Source: Nitrospirota bacterium
GTDB lineage: Bacteria; Nitrospirota; Nitrospiria; Nitrospirales; NS-4
Reading direction: 5' to 3'
NCBI GenBank assembly: GCA_004298335.1
Contig: SCTG01000009.1
Coordinates: 12,134 to 76,133 of the forward strand
DNA length: 64,000 nucleotides
Of the stretch, positions 1 through 9,127 are shown piece by piece (position 1 is the stretch's first letter; each line of letters starts with the position of its first letter). The position numbers and the translations under genes are program-made. Under the pieces are notes generated by a model, which saw only the letters and a list, made by a program, of their open reading frames with translations, had not been told where the DNA came from and searched no databases.

Positions 1-36
1 AGGGGAGAGATCACCGACCCGCGCGAGTTCCTGTAA
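1..36 (+). CDS. 3' end of an upstream gene (partial), possibly the isopropylmalate dehydratase large subunit
   Basis: In-frame tail RGEITDPREFL ending at TAA 34-36. Its position just upstream of leuD/leuB suggests leuC, but 11 aa is not enough to prove it. Confidence 0.3.
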   Translation, partial: RGEITDPREFL

Positions 37-50
37 GCGACGGGTCCCGC

Positions 51-410
51 GTGCTCACCAAGCCACTTTCAGCCTGCAGGGAAATCCTCGCCGGGGACCG
101 GACGGTCCTCCGCGAGCTGCTCCACCCGTCGCGCGATCCGGCCGCCATCGGCTACAGCCTGGCCCACGCGAAGCTGGCCCGTGGCACGGCGTCCCTGCCG
201 CACCGGCTGAAGACCTCGGAGGTCTATTACTTCGTCAGCGGGCAGGGCCGGATGCACGTGGACGGCGAAACGACCACGGTCGCCGGGGAGCAGGCCCTGT
301 ACGTCCCGCCCGGCGCGATGCAGCATTTGGAGAACACCGGGCCGGACGAACTTGTGTTCCTGTGCATCGTGGACCCGGCCTGGAAACTGGAAGACGAAGA
401 AGTGTTATGA
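51..410 (+). CDS. Cupin domain protein
   Basis: 119-aa ORF with a GTG start. Cupin-like core: SLPHRLKTSEVYYFVSGQGRMHVDGE ... YVPPGAMQHLENTG. Confidence 0.6.
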   Translation: MLTKPLSACREILAGDRTVLRELLHPSRDPAAIGYSLAHAKLARGTASLPHRLKTSEVYYFVSGQGRMHVDGETTTVAGEQALYVPPGAMQHLENTGPDELVFLCIVDPAWKLEDEEVL

Positions 411-416
411 GGGAGC

Positions 417-980
417 ATGCAAGACATCATTAAAGGCAAGGCCTACGTGCTGGGCGACAACATCGACACGGATCAAATCATCCCGGCGAAGCACCTCGTC
501 TACAGTTTGAGCGATCCGGAGGAGCGCAAGCTCTACGGACGGTACGCGCTGTCGGGCGTGCCCGACGCCGCGGCGGGCCTCCCGAAGGGCAACGTCCGGT
601 TCGTCCCCGAGAACGACCACCGCTCGCCGTTTCAGATCGTGATCGGCGGGAAGAACTTCGGCTCCGGCTCCTCGCGCGAGCACGCGCCGGAGGCCATGCA
701 GATCGCGGGCGTCACGGCGGTCGTTGCCGAGTCCTACGCGCGGATCTTCTACCGCAACAGCGTGGACGGCGGGTTCTTCATCCCCTTCGAGGCCGTCCAG
801 CGGCTGGTCGGCGAGATCGCCACCGGCGACGACCTGGAGATCGACCTGCCGAAAGGGACGCTGACGAACCGGACGTCCGGCAAGACCTACGGCCTGCGCC
901 CGCTCGGCGATGTGCTGGAGATCATCAAGGCCGGCGGCGTCTTCGCCTATGCCCGCCAGGCGGGGTTCCTCAAATCATGA
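417..980 (+). CDS. leuD: 3-isopropylmalate dehydratase small subunit (short type)
   Basis: 187 aa. Motifs [21 protein letters not shown] and [14 protein letters not shown]. Its stop overlaps the leuB start (ATGA at 977-980). Confidence 0.9.
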   Translation: MQDIIKGKAYVLGDNIDTDQIIPAKHLVYSLSDPEERKLYGRYALSGVPDAAAGLPKGNVRFVPENDHRSPFQIVIGGKNFGSGSSREHAPEAMQIAGVTAVVAESYARIFYRNSVDGGFFIPFEAVQRLVGEIATGDDLEIDLPKGTLTNRTSGKTYGLRPLGDVLEIIKAGGVFAYARQAGFLKS

Positions 981-2065
981 AGGCGCGGATCGCAGTCCTG
1001 CCCGGCGACGGGATCGGGCCCGAGGTCATGCCGCAGGCCCTCCAGGCGCTGGAGACCATTGCCAAGCAATTCGGCCACAGCTTCACGTTCACCCACGCCG
1101 ACGTCGGCGGCGCCGCCATCGACAAGACCGGCCGGCCCCTGCCCGACGAGACGTTGAAACTCGCCAGGGAGAGCGACGCGATCCTCCTGGGCGCCGTCGG
1201 CGGCTATAAATGGGAAGGCCTGGCCTACGACGTCCGGCCGGAGCGGGCGCTGCTGGGCCTGCGCGAGCAGCTCGGCCTGTTCGCCAACCTCCGCCCAGCG
1301 AAGCTCTACCCGATGCTGGCGGACGCCTCCACGCTCAAGGCCGAGGTCATCACCGGCACCGACCTGCTGGTCGTCCGCGAGCTCACCGGCGGCATCTACT
1401 TCGGCAAGCCCAAGGGCATCGAGAAGACCGCCGACGGCGAGCGCGGCGTCAACACCGAGGTCTACACGACGCCGGAGATCGTCCGCATCGCCAAGGTCGC
1501 CTTCGAGGCCGCGCGCAAGCGCCGCAAGAAGGTCATGTCCGTGGACAAGGCCAACGTGCTGGAGTCCTCGGAGCTCTGGCGCCGGGTCGTCATCGGCGTC
1601 GCGAAGGACTATCCGGACGTCGAGCTCTCGCACCTGTACGTGGACAACTGCGCCATGCAGCTCATCCGCAACCCCAGGCAGTTCGACGTGCTCGTCACCA
1701 CGAACCTCTTCGGCGACATCCTGAGCGACGAGGCCGCGATGCTGACCGGCTCGATCGGCATGCTCCCCTCCGCCAGCATCGGGAGCACAGTCGGCATGTA
1801 CGAGCCGATCCACGGCAGCGCCCCGGACATCGCCGGGAAGGACCTCGCCAACCCGATCGCCACCATCGCCTCGGCGGCCATGATGCTGAGCTACTCCTTC
1901 AACCTCGACAAGGAGGCGGCGGCCATCGACCGGGCGATCCTGCGCGTGCTCGAGCAGGGCTATAGGACAAAAGACATCGCATCGTCCAAAACATCCCCTC
2001 CCGAAAGAATGGTCGGCACGAAAGAGATGGGCCGCCTGATCTGCCAGGAACTCGGCAAGGCCTGA
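977..2065 (+). CDS. leuB: 3-isopropylmalate dehydrogenase
   Basis: 362 aa. N-terminus [13 protein letters not shown] and the [25 protein letters not shown] signature of isocitrate/isopropylmalate dehydrogenases. Confidence 0.95.
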   Translation: MKARIAVLPGDGIGPEVMPQALQALETIAKQFGHSFTFTHADVGGAAIDKTGRPLPDETLKLARESDAILLGAVGGYKWEGLAYDVRPERALLGLREQLGLFANLRPAKLYPMLADASTLKAEVITGTDLLVVRELTGGIYFGKPKGIEKTADGERGVNTEVYTTPEIVRIAKVAFEAARKRRKKVMSVDKANVLESSELWRRVVIGVAKDYPDVELSHLYVDNCAMQLIRNPRQFDVLVTTNLFGDILSDEAAMLTGSIGMLPSASIGSTVGMYEPIHGSAPDIAGKDLANPIATIASAAMMLSYSFNLDKEAAAIDRAILRVLEQGYRTKDIASSKTSPPERMVGTKEMGRLICQELGKA

Positions 2066-2140
2066 AGCGGGTGGCATGGTGAAGACATCCGCGCTGCCCG
2101 CAGCGTAAGGGACGGGGCGCCCGTTGCTCTACAATATGCA

Positions 2141-3388
2141 ATGGGCCATGGGGATGGGTGGAGCGAGGACAGCGAGGATGTCGAACCAATGACAGGACCC
2201 GCCCTCGGCTGCATCACCACGATTGCCGGCACCGGCGAGCCCGGCTGCTCCGGGGACGGCGGGCCCGCGACCAAGGCCGCGCTCAACGAGCCGAAGAGCG
2301 TGACCGTCGCCGGCAACTGTCTCTACATCGCCGATTCCGAAAACCACCGCATCCGCAAAGTGGACCTCGCGACCGGCGTGATTACCACCGTCGCCGGCCA
2401 GGACATGCTGGACGCGCCGGCTCCCGCCGCCGGGTTTCCTCCCCCGGCTCCGGAACATGACGAGCTCGACCCGCTGGCCGATCCCGTCAAGACGAAGGAC
2501 GACAAAGTCGTGCAGCTCGCCGACCAGAGCGGCACGGTGCGGTTCCTCGTCGGAGCGACCGAGAAGGGACGCTTCAAGGGGGACGGCGGGCCGGCCCTGT
2601 CGGCCCTGCTCAACTTCCCCTCCGCCGCAGCGGTGGACGGCCAGGGCACGCTCTACATCGCCGACACGTTCAATCACCGGGTCAGGGTCGTGGAGGGCCC
2701 CGCCGGCCTCATCCGCACGCTGGCCGGCACGGGCGCCGCGCGCTTCTCCGGAGACGGCTGGCCGCCCGACAAATATGCGCTCAACGAGCCGGTCGCGCTC
2801 GCGCTCGACGAACATCGCGGGCGGCTCTACATCGCCGACCTCGCGAACTTCCGCGTCCGCATGGTGGAGTTGAAGACCGGCATCCTCTCGACCTACGCGG
2901 GCAGCGGCGCGCAGGACTACGACGGCGACGGGCAGCCGGCGAAGCAAGCGGGCCTGACGGGCCCCAGCGGGCTGGCGCTGGACGCCGAGGGCAATCTCTA
3001 CATCGCCGACACGTTCTCCGGACGCATCCGCAAGGTGGACGCCGCGACGGGGCTGATCAGTACCGTCGCAGGCGACGGCACCGAGTACCGCTATCAGGGC
3101 GTGCCCAACGAGTTCTCGACCGGCCTCGCGCGCCCGGCCGCTATCGCGCTCGCGACCGACGGGACGCTCTACATCACGGACTCGGACAACCACCTGATCC
3201 GCAAGTGGAACCCGAAGACCAAGATCATCACCGCGGTCGCGGGCAACGGCGCGGCGCAGTTCGCGGGCGACGGCGGGCCGGCGACGGCCGCCGGCCTGAA
3301 CTATCCCTTCGGCGTGGCCCTCGACTCCGCCGGCAACCTCTACATCGCCGACACCTTCAACCACCGCATCCGGATGATCGCCGCCTGA
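2141..3388 (+). CDS. NHL-repeat beta-propeller protein
   Basis: 415 aa with about six repeats of G.GGPA..A.LN.P.GVA.D..GNLYIAD..NHRIR. No obvious signal peptide. The start could instead be the internal Met at 2189. Confidence 0.8.
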   Translation: MGHGDGWSEDSEDVEPMTGPALGCITTIAGTGEPGCSGDGGPATKAALNEPKSVTVAGNCLYIADSENHRIRKVDLATGVITTVAGQDMLDAPAPAAGFPPPAPEHDELDPLADPVKTKDDKVVQLADQSGTVRFLVGATEKGRFKGDGGPALSALLNFPSAAAVDGQGTLYIADTFNHRVRVVEGPAGLIRTLAGTGAARFSGDGWPPDKYALNEPVALALDEHRGRLYIADLANFRVRMVELKTGILSTYAGSGAQDYDGDGQPAKQAGLTGPSGLALDAEGNLYIADTFSGRIRKVDAATGLISTVAGDGTEYRYQGVPNEFSTGLARPAAIALATDGTLYITDSDNHLIRKWNPKTKIITAVAGNGAAQFAGDGGPATAAGLNYPFGVALDSAGNLYIADTFNHRIRMIAA

Positions 3389-3391
3389 GCG

Positions 3392-4654
3392 ATGCGCCGC
3401 TTCCTGTCCTGGCTCGCCGGCCTGACCGGACACCGCCCCCCGCCAGACGCCCCGCCCGAAGCCGCGACTCCGGAACGGGGCCACACCCGGTTCGCGCTCG
3501 GCCTGTACCTACGACTGAAAGAGACCGTCGGGCCCTATGAAAACGCGCTCTGCTCGCCCTTCGCGATCGCCCTGTCACTGGCGATCGCCCAGGCCGGCGC
3601 CCGCGGCCCCACCGCCGATCAACTCACGCGCGTGCTCGAAGACATGTTGGGCGAGGAGGACTGGCAGGCGGGATTGCGCGCCCTGCGGGACTGGCTGATC
3701 GCCGGCGCCCGCAACGACGAGTACCTGTTGGAACTCGCCAATGGGCTGTGGGTCCCGGCCGGCCGGCCTCTACGAAACGAATTCCGCGAAGCTGCGGAAC
3801 GGTCCCAGGGCGCGGACGTCACGCAGACCGACTTCTCGCAAGAGGAACCCGCCCGCGTTCTGATCAACCGGTGGATGGAGGAGCGCACCCGGCAACTCTT
3901 TCACGCCGTCATCGCGCGGGGCGAGCTCACGCCGGAGACGCAACTGGTCCTGGTCACGGCCCTCTGCTTCAAGGGGTTCTGGGCCAGGCCGTTTGACGCG
4001 CAGCAAACGCTGGACGAACCGTTCTGGGTCAACCCGCACGCAAAAATCGCCGTCTCTCTGATGTGGCAGAGGGGCACGTTCCCCTACCACCAGGGCCCGT
4101 TCCATTTCGCCGACCGCGTCCAGGTGCTCGAACTCCCGTACGCCGGCGGCGAGCTGTCCATGGTCCTTCTCCTGCCGGAGGGCATCGAGGGCATCATCGA
4201 GCTGGAACATACGCTGGGAAGGCAGAAGGGGAAGCTGGACGCGTGGCTCGCCGCGCTGGAGCCGCGGGACGTGGATGTCGCGCTGCCGAAGTTTGCCGCC
4301 GGGTCACGGTTTCACTGCAACGACGCCCTCCTCGAGATGGCCCTCGGGGACGCGTTTTCGCGGGAGGCGGCGGACTTCACGGGCATGAGGCCGGAACGGG
4401 ACCTGTTTCTGTCGCACGTGTTCCATCAGGCCATGGTGGCGATCGACGAGTACGGACCGGACGGCGACGCGGTCCCCGGCGGGGGCGACGCCGGGCGGGC
4501 CGGGACCGGGGACGCGCCGCCCCGCCCCGTTCCCATGTTCAGGGCCGACCACCCGTTCCTGTTTCTCATCCGCACGAGAGCGTCCGGACGGATCCTCTTC
4601 ATGGGCCGCGTGATGGTGCCGACCGTCGCGCAAAAGTTCACGCCCGTGCTGTGA
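3392..4654 (+). CDS. Serpin family protein
   Basis: 420 aa. N-terminal SPFAIALSLAIAQAGARGPTADQL and C-terminal FRADHPFLFLIR..SGRILFMGRV serpin signatures. Starts 4 nt after the NHL gene stop. Confidence 0.85.
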   Translation: MRRFLSWLAGLTGHRPPPDAPPEAATPERGHTRFALGLYLRLKETVGPYENALCSPFAIALSLAIAQAGARGPTADQLTRVLEDMLGEEDWQAGLRALRDWLIAGARNDEYLLELANGLWVPAGRPLRNEFREAAERSQGADVTQTDFSQEEPARVLINRWMEERTRQLFHAVIARGELTPETQLVLVTALCFKGFWARPFDAQQTLDEPFWVNPHAKIAVSLMWQRGTFPYHQGPFHFADRVQVLELPYAGGELSMVLLLPEGIEGIIELEHTLGRQKGKLDAWLAALEPRDVDVALPKFAAGSRFHCNDALLEMALGDAFSREAADFTGMRPERDLFLSHVFHQAMVAIDEYGPDGDAVPGGGDAGRAGTGDAPPRPVPMFRADHPFLFLIRTRASGRILFMGRVMVPTVAQKFTPVL

Positions 4655-4721
4655 GCGCGCTTGCCTTCCCGTAGATGGAACAGGCACAATCGCAGGGCTG
4701 TCTGATCGGAGGGGCCTCCGC

Positions 4722-5942
4722 ATGACGCCACGCACGCATCTGGTCCGGGCGCTTCGCGAGGCCCGCGCGCGCACCGATGAGTTGTTCGCCATGGTGCGGC
4801 CGGACGCGCTGTACGACCGCCCGATCCCCGAACGCCACCGCATCATCTTCTACCTCGGCCACCTCGAAGCGTTCGACTGGAACCAGATCGGCGGCGGCGC
4901 ACTGGGCCTCCGGCCGTTCCACGCGTCGTTCGACAAGCTGTTTGCGTTCGGCATCGATCCGCCGGTCGGACAGCTGCCGGACGACAAGGCCTCGGACTGG
5001 CCGGCGGTGGAGGAGGTCGTCACGTACAACCAGCAAGTCCGCCTGTCCCTCAATGCCGTGCTGGACCGGGCGCCGGAGCCGATGCTCCACGTCGCCGTCG
5101 AGCACCGCCTGATGCACGCCGAGACGTTCGCGTACATCCTGCACAACGCGCCGCCGGACCGGAAGGCGCTTCCCCCGACCGCGCACCACGTCGATGGCCC
5201 CGAGCCGGTTCACAGCATGATCGAGGTCCCGGCCGGAGCGGCCACGTTGGGGCGGCCGCGTCCGAACGGCGACGGCGCATTTGGATGGGACAACGAATTC
5301 GACGCGCATGCGGTGCGCGTCCCCTCGTTCGCCATCGGCAAGCACAAAGTCACCAACGGGCAATACCTCGAGTTCGTGCAGGACGGAGCCGAGCCCCCGC
5401 CGTTCTGGACGAAGCGCGGCGATCAGTGGTACTGGCGCGCGATGGGCGGAGACATTCCGCTCCCGCTCGATTGGCCGGTCTACGTGACCTGGATGCGGGC
5501 CCTGCGCTACGCGCAGTGGGCGGGCAAGGCCCTGCCGACCGAGGCCCAGTTCCACCGCGCGGCCTACGGCACGCCGGACGGCGGGGAGCGCGCCCATCCG
5601 TGGGGCGAGGAGCCGCCCGATGAACGGCGCGGCAACTTCGATTTTCGCCGGTGGGACCCCCTGCCCGTCACGGCGACCCCGTCGGGGGACAGCGCCTTCG
5701 GCGTCTCCCAGCTCGTCGGCAACGGCTGGGAATGGACCGCGACGGCCTTCCACCCGTTCCCCGGCTTCCAGCCGTTTTCGTTCTATCCCGGCTACTCGGC
5801 CCCGTTTTTCGACGGCGCGCATTACCTCCTGAAGGGCGCCTCGCCGCAGACGGCGGCCCGGCTGCTGCGTCGCTCCTTCCGCAACTGGTACCGGCCGAAC
5901 TATCCCTACGTCTACGCCGGATTCCGGGTGGTGGAGAACTGA
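4722..5942 (+). CDS. egtB: EgtB-like sulfoxide synthase (DinB_2 + FGE-sulfatase/SUMF1 fold)
   Basis: 406 aa. N-terminal DinB-like HRIIFYLGHLEAFDW. C-terminal FGE-type GNGWEWTAT...FRNWY...YAGFRVV. Shares one nucleotide with the egtD start. Confidence 0.7.
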   Translation: MTPRTHLVRALREARARTDELFAMVRPDALYDRPIPERHRIIFYLGHLEAFDWNQIGGGALGLRPFHASFDKLFAFGIDPPVGQLPDDKASDWPAVEEVVTYNQQVRLSLNAVLDRAPEPMLHVAVEHRLMHAETFAYILHNAPPDRKALPPTAHHVDGPEPVHSMIEVPAGAATLGRPRPNGDGAFGWDNEFDAHAVRVPSFAIGKHKVTNGQYLEFVQDGAEPPPFWTKRGDQWYWRAMGGDIPLPLDWPVYVTWMRALRYAQWAGKALPTEAQFHRAAYGTPDGGERAHPWGEEPPDERRGNFDFRRWDPLPVTATPSGDSAFGVSQLVGNGWEWTATAFHPFPGFQPFSFYPGYSAPFFDGAHYLLKGASPQTAARLLRRSFRNWYRPNYPYVYAGFRVVEN

Positions 5943-6895
5943 TGCCGGCCCTTCTCGATTTCGCCCGCGACGTGCGCGACGGGCTCGGCAAAGCCGGCCA
6001 GAAGGAACTGCCGTCCAAGTATCTCTACGACGAGATCGGCACAGCGCTGTTCGAGGCCATCACCCTGCTGCCGGAGTACGGCCTCACCCGCGCGGACGAG
6101 CGCCTCCTGCGGCGGTACGCGCCGGCCATCCTCGAGCACCTGCCCCCGCCGGTGGTCGTGGCCGAACTGGGCAGTGGCAGCGGCCGCAAGACCCGCTGGC
6201 TCCTGGAAGCCCTCGCCCACCGCGAACCCGTCGCCTACTTTCCCGTCGATACCTCGCCCGCCGCCCTGGCGAACTGCCGGAAGGAACTGTCGGGTATGGG
6301 CGCGCTCAGCATCGTGGGCCTGGAAACGTCGTACCTGGACGGCCTGCGCGAGGTCGCGTCCCGGCGCCGGACCGGCCAGGCGCTGCTGGTGCTGTTCCTG
6401 GGGAGCACCGTGGGCAACTTCGAGCGCCCGGCGGCCGAACAGTTTCTGCGCGAGATCCGGCAAGGCCTGGCGCCCGGCGACGCGCTCCTGCTGGGCACCG
6501 ACCTGGAGAAGCCGGTGGCCGACCTGTTGCAGGCCTACGACGATCCCGCCGGCGTCACCGCGGCCTTCAACCTGAATCTCCTGGCCCGCATCAACCGCGA
6601 ACTCGGAGGCGACTTCTCGCTGCGGGACTTCGCGCACGAGGCCCGGTACAACGACCGCGAGCGCCGGATCGAGATGCACCTGCGCTCGAGGAAGAAGCAG
6701 ACCATCACGGTTCGAGCCGCCGGCTTCGCCGGCACGCTGGAGGAGGGCGAGACGATCTGGACCGAAGCCTGCCACAAGTACCGGACCGACGAGATTCCCG
6801 GCATGGCCCGGCGCGCCGGCTACCTGTGCGAGTCGCAGTGGGTGGACGGCGAGTGGCCCTTCGCCGAGAACCTGTGGATCGCCGCGCCGCCGTGA
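5942..6895 (+). CDS. egtD: L-histidine N-alpha-methyltransferase (EgtD family)
   Basis: The track ORF (5651..) was trimmed to ATG 5942, which overlaps the egtB TGA. N-terminus LPSKYLYDEIGTALFEAITLLPEYGLTRADERLL and ELGSGSGRKT SAM motif are typical of EgtD. Confidence 0.75.
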   Translation: MPALLDFARDVRDGLGKAGQKELPSKYLYDEIGTALFEAITLLPEYGLTRADERLLRRYAPAILEHLPPPVVVAELGSGSGRKTRWLLEALAHREPVAYFPVDTSPAALANCRKELSGMGALSIVGLETSYLDGLREVASRRRTGQALLVLFLGSTVGNFERPAAEQFLREIRQGLAPGDALLLGTDLEKPVADLLQAYDDPAGVTAAFNLNLLARINRELGGDFSLRDFAHEARYNDRERRIEMHLRSRKKQTITVRAAGFAGTLEEGETIWTEACHKYRTDEIPGMARRAGYLCESQWVDGEWPFAENLWIAAPP

Positions 6896-7638
6896 CCCCG
6901 CCCGTCTCCTTCCGGAACGTCTCCTACCGCGTCGGCGGCAAAGACATCCTGCGCGACTTCAGCCTGGACGTCGCAGCCGGCGAGACCATCGTGCTGCTGG
7001 GGCGCAGCGGCTCCGGCAAGACGACCGCGCTCAAGATGGTCAACGCCCTCCTCCGCCCCAGCGCGGGCGAGGTGATGGTGGACGGCCGGCCGACGACGAG
7101 CTGGGACCCGATCCGGCTCCGGCGCCGGATCGGCTACGTGATCCAGGAGGCGGGCCTGTTCCCACACGTCACCGTGGAGGGCAACGTCGGCCTGGTGCCG
7201 AGGCTGGAGGGGACGCCGGCGGCGGCGATCCGGACCCGCGTGCATGCCCTGCTCGACCAGGTCGGGCTGCCGCCGGCGCAGTTCGCCGCCCGCTATCCCC
7301 GCGAGCTCTCCGGCGGCCAGCGCCAGCGCGTGGGCGTCGCCCGCGCGCTCGCCGCCGACCCGCCGCTGCTGCTCTTCGACGAGCCGTTCGGCGCGCTGGA
7401 CCCGGTCACGCGCGTCGAGCTGCAGCGCCAGTTCCTGGAATTGCGCCGCCGCCTCGGCAAGACCGCGATCTTCGTGACGCACGACGTGCGGGAAGCACTG
7501 CTCGTGGCCACGCGCATCGCGCTGCTGCACGAGGGCCGGCTGGCGGTCCTGGCCGCCCCAGCGGACTTCCTCCGGGCCCGTGGCGAGGAAGCGCGCGCGT
7601 TCCTCGCCTGCCTCGATCCGCAGGCGGCGCCCCCATGA
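6892..7638 (+). CDS. ABC transporter ATP-binding protein, quaternary-amine (OpuC/ProU-like) type
   Basis: Walker A GRSGSGKTT, signature LSGGQRQRV, Walker B LLLFDEP. The proposed GTG start at 6892 overlaps the egtD stop (GTGA). The track start at 6826 would overlap egtD by 70 nt. Confidence 0.85.
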   Translation: MTPPVSFRNVSYRVGGKDILRDFSLDVAAGETIVLLGRSGSGKTTALKMVNALLRPSAGEVMVDGRPTTSWDPIRLRRRIGYVIQEAGLFPHVTVEGNVGLVPRLEGTPAAAIRTRVHALLDQVGLPPAQFAARYPRELSGGQRQRVGVARALAADPPLLLFDEPFGALDPVTRVELQRQFLELRRRLGKTAIFVTHDVREALLVATRIALLHEGRLAVLAAPADFLRARGEEARAFLACLDPQAAPP

Positions 7639-8252
7639 CGCCCGACCTCGCGCGCGAGATCCTGGACCTGACCGCGGAGCATCTCGTGCTGGTCGGCGTG
7701 GCCATGGCCATTGCCGTCGCGGTCGCCATCCCGGCCGGCATCCTGCTCACGCGGCGCGCGCCCCTGCAGCGGTGGGTGATCGGCTTCGCCAACGTCATGC
7801 AGACCGTCCCCAGCCTCGCGCTGTTCGGGTTCCTGATCCCGCTCCCGTTCATCGGCGGCATCGGGAAGCACACGGCGATCGTCGCGCTGGTGCTGTACGC
7901 GCTGCTGCCCGTGCTGCGCAACACGCTGACGGGCATCCTGGGCGTAGACCCGGCGGTCCGCGAATCGGCGGTCGCCATGGGCATGACGGGGCGGCAGCTC
8001 CTCTTCGAGGTGGAACTGCCGCTGGCGGCGCGCACGATCCTGGCCGGCGTGCGGGTGGCGACCGTGACGACGATCGGCACGGCCACGATCGCGGCGGCCA
8101 TCGGCGGCGGCGGCCTGGGCGTGTTCATCTTCCGCGGCCTGGCCTCCGTGGACTCGACGTTGATCCTCGCGGGGGCCCTGCCCGCCGCGCTCATCGCCCT
8201 GGCGGCCGACGGAGGACTCGGATGGGTGGAGAAAAAATTCTCGCCGGCCTGA
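7635..8252 (+). CDS. ABC transporter permease (BPD_transp_1, OpuCB-like)
   Basis: 205 aa polytopic membrane protein. ATGA overlap with the upstream ATPase gene. Conserved cytoplasmic loop ESAVAMGMTGRQLLFEVELPLA. Confidence 0.85.
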   Translation: MTPDLAREILDLTAEHLVLVGVAMAIAVAVAIPAGILLTRRAPLQRWVIGFANVMQTVPSLALFGFLIPLPFIGGIGKHTAIVALVLYALLPVLRNTLTGILGVDPAVRESAVAMGMTGRQLLFEVELPLAARTILAGVRVATVTTIGTATIAAAIGGGGLGVFIFRGLASVDSTLILAGALPAALIALAADGGLGWVEKKFSPA

Positions 8253-9112
8253 TCGCGGCCGCGGGACTCAACGCGATCATCGGCTGCGCCCGGGGCACGC
8301 CGCTCACCGTCGGCTCCAAGAACTTCACGGAGCAGGTGATCCTCGGCGAGATCGTCGCCCAGCACGTGAGCCACCGGCTGTCCCGGCGCGTGGACCGCAA
8401 GCTGAACCTAGGCGGCACGCTGCTCGCGCACCAGGCGATGCTGCAGGGCGGGCTCGATCTCTATCCCGAATACACCGGCACGGCGCTCACGGCGATCCTG
8501 AAACGGCCTCTCTCCTCGGACCCCAATGACGTGCTGGCCCGCGTGCGGAGCGAATATCAGCAGCGCTTCAACATCGTGTGGCTGGAGCCGCTGGGGTTCA
8601 ACAACACCTTCGCCATGGTGATCCGCGGCGAGGACGCGCGCCGGCACGGGATCGGATCGTTGAGCGAGGCGGCCCGGCGTGACGGCGGCTGGACGCTCGG
8701 AGTCGGCTACGAATTCCAGCAGCGTCCGGACGGCCTGCCCGGCCTGCTGAAGACCTACAAGCTGCCCGTCAAGGGGTCGCCGAAGACCATGGACCTCGGG
8801 CTGCTCTACAAGGCGCTCGAGCAGAAGCAGGTGGACATGGTGGCGGCCAACGCGACGGACGGCCTGCTGTCGGTGATGGACGTGAAAATTCTCACGGACG
8901 ACAAGCGGTACTTCCCCCCGTACCAGGCGGCCCTGACGGTGCGGGCCGAGGCGCTGGCGGCGCATCCCGGACTGAAAGACGCGCTCGATCTGCTGTCGGG
9001 GAAATTCTCGGACGAGATCATGCGGGCGCTGAACCACCAGGTGGACGGCAAGCACCGGCCGGTCAACGAAGTGGCGCTCACGTTCTTGCGGGCGAGCGGG
9101 TTCCTGGCGTGA
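8222..9112 (+). CDS. Glycine-betaine/quaternary-amine type substrate-binding lipoprotein (OpuCC-like)
   Basis: The track ORF (7580..) was trimmed to ATG 8222, preceded by a GGAGG RBS. Signal peptide with lipobox IIGC, then GSKNFTEQVILGEI...YPEYTGTAL, typical of OpuBC-type binding proteins. Confidence 0.85.
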   Translation: MGGEKILAGLIAAAGLNAIIGCARGTPLTVGSKNFTEQVILGEIVAQHVSHRLSRRVDRKLNLGGTLLAHQAMLQGGLDLYPEYTGTALTAILKRPLSSDPNDVLARVRSEYQQRFNIVWLEPLGFNNTFAMVIRGEDARRHGIGSLSEAARRDGGWTLGVGYEFQQRPDGLPGLLKTYKLPVKGSPKTMDLGLLYKALEQKQVDMVAANATDGLLSVMDVKILTDDKRYFPPYQAALTVRAEALAAHPGLKDALDLLSGKFSDEIMRALNHQVDGKHRPVNEVALTFLRASGFLA

Positions 9113-9127
9113 GGCTCGTGAGGGAAA

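Noticed and set aside
7580-8221. The 5' extension of the substrate-binding-protein ORF (510 aa in the track).
   Set aside because: It overlaps the whole permease gene in another frame. A signal peptide with a lipobox, plus an RBS, appears only at ATG 8222. Similar 5' trimming was applied to 5651.., 14744.., 14926.., 16422.., 16964.., 17740.., 26455.., 28510.., 34460.., 39806.., 40894.. and 41972...
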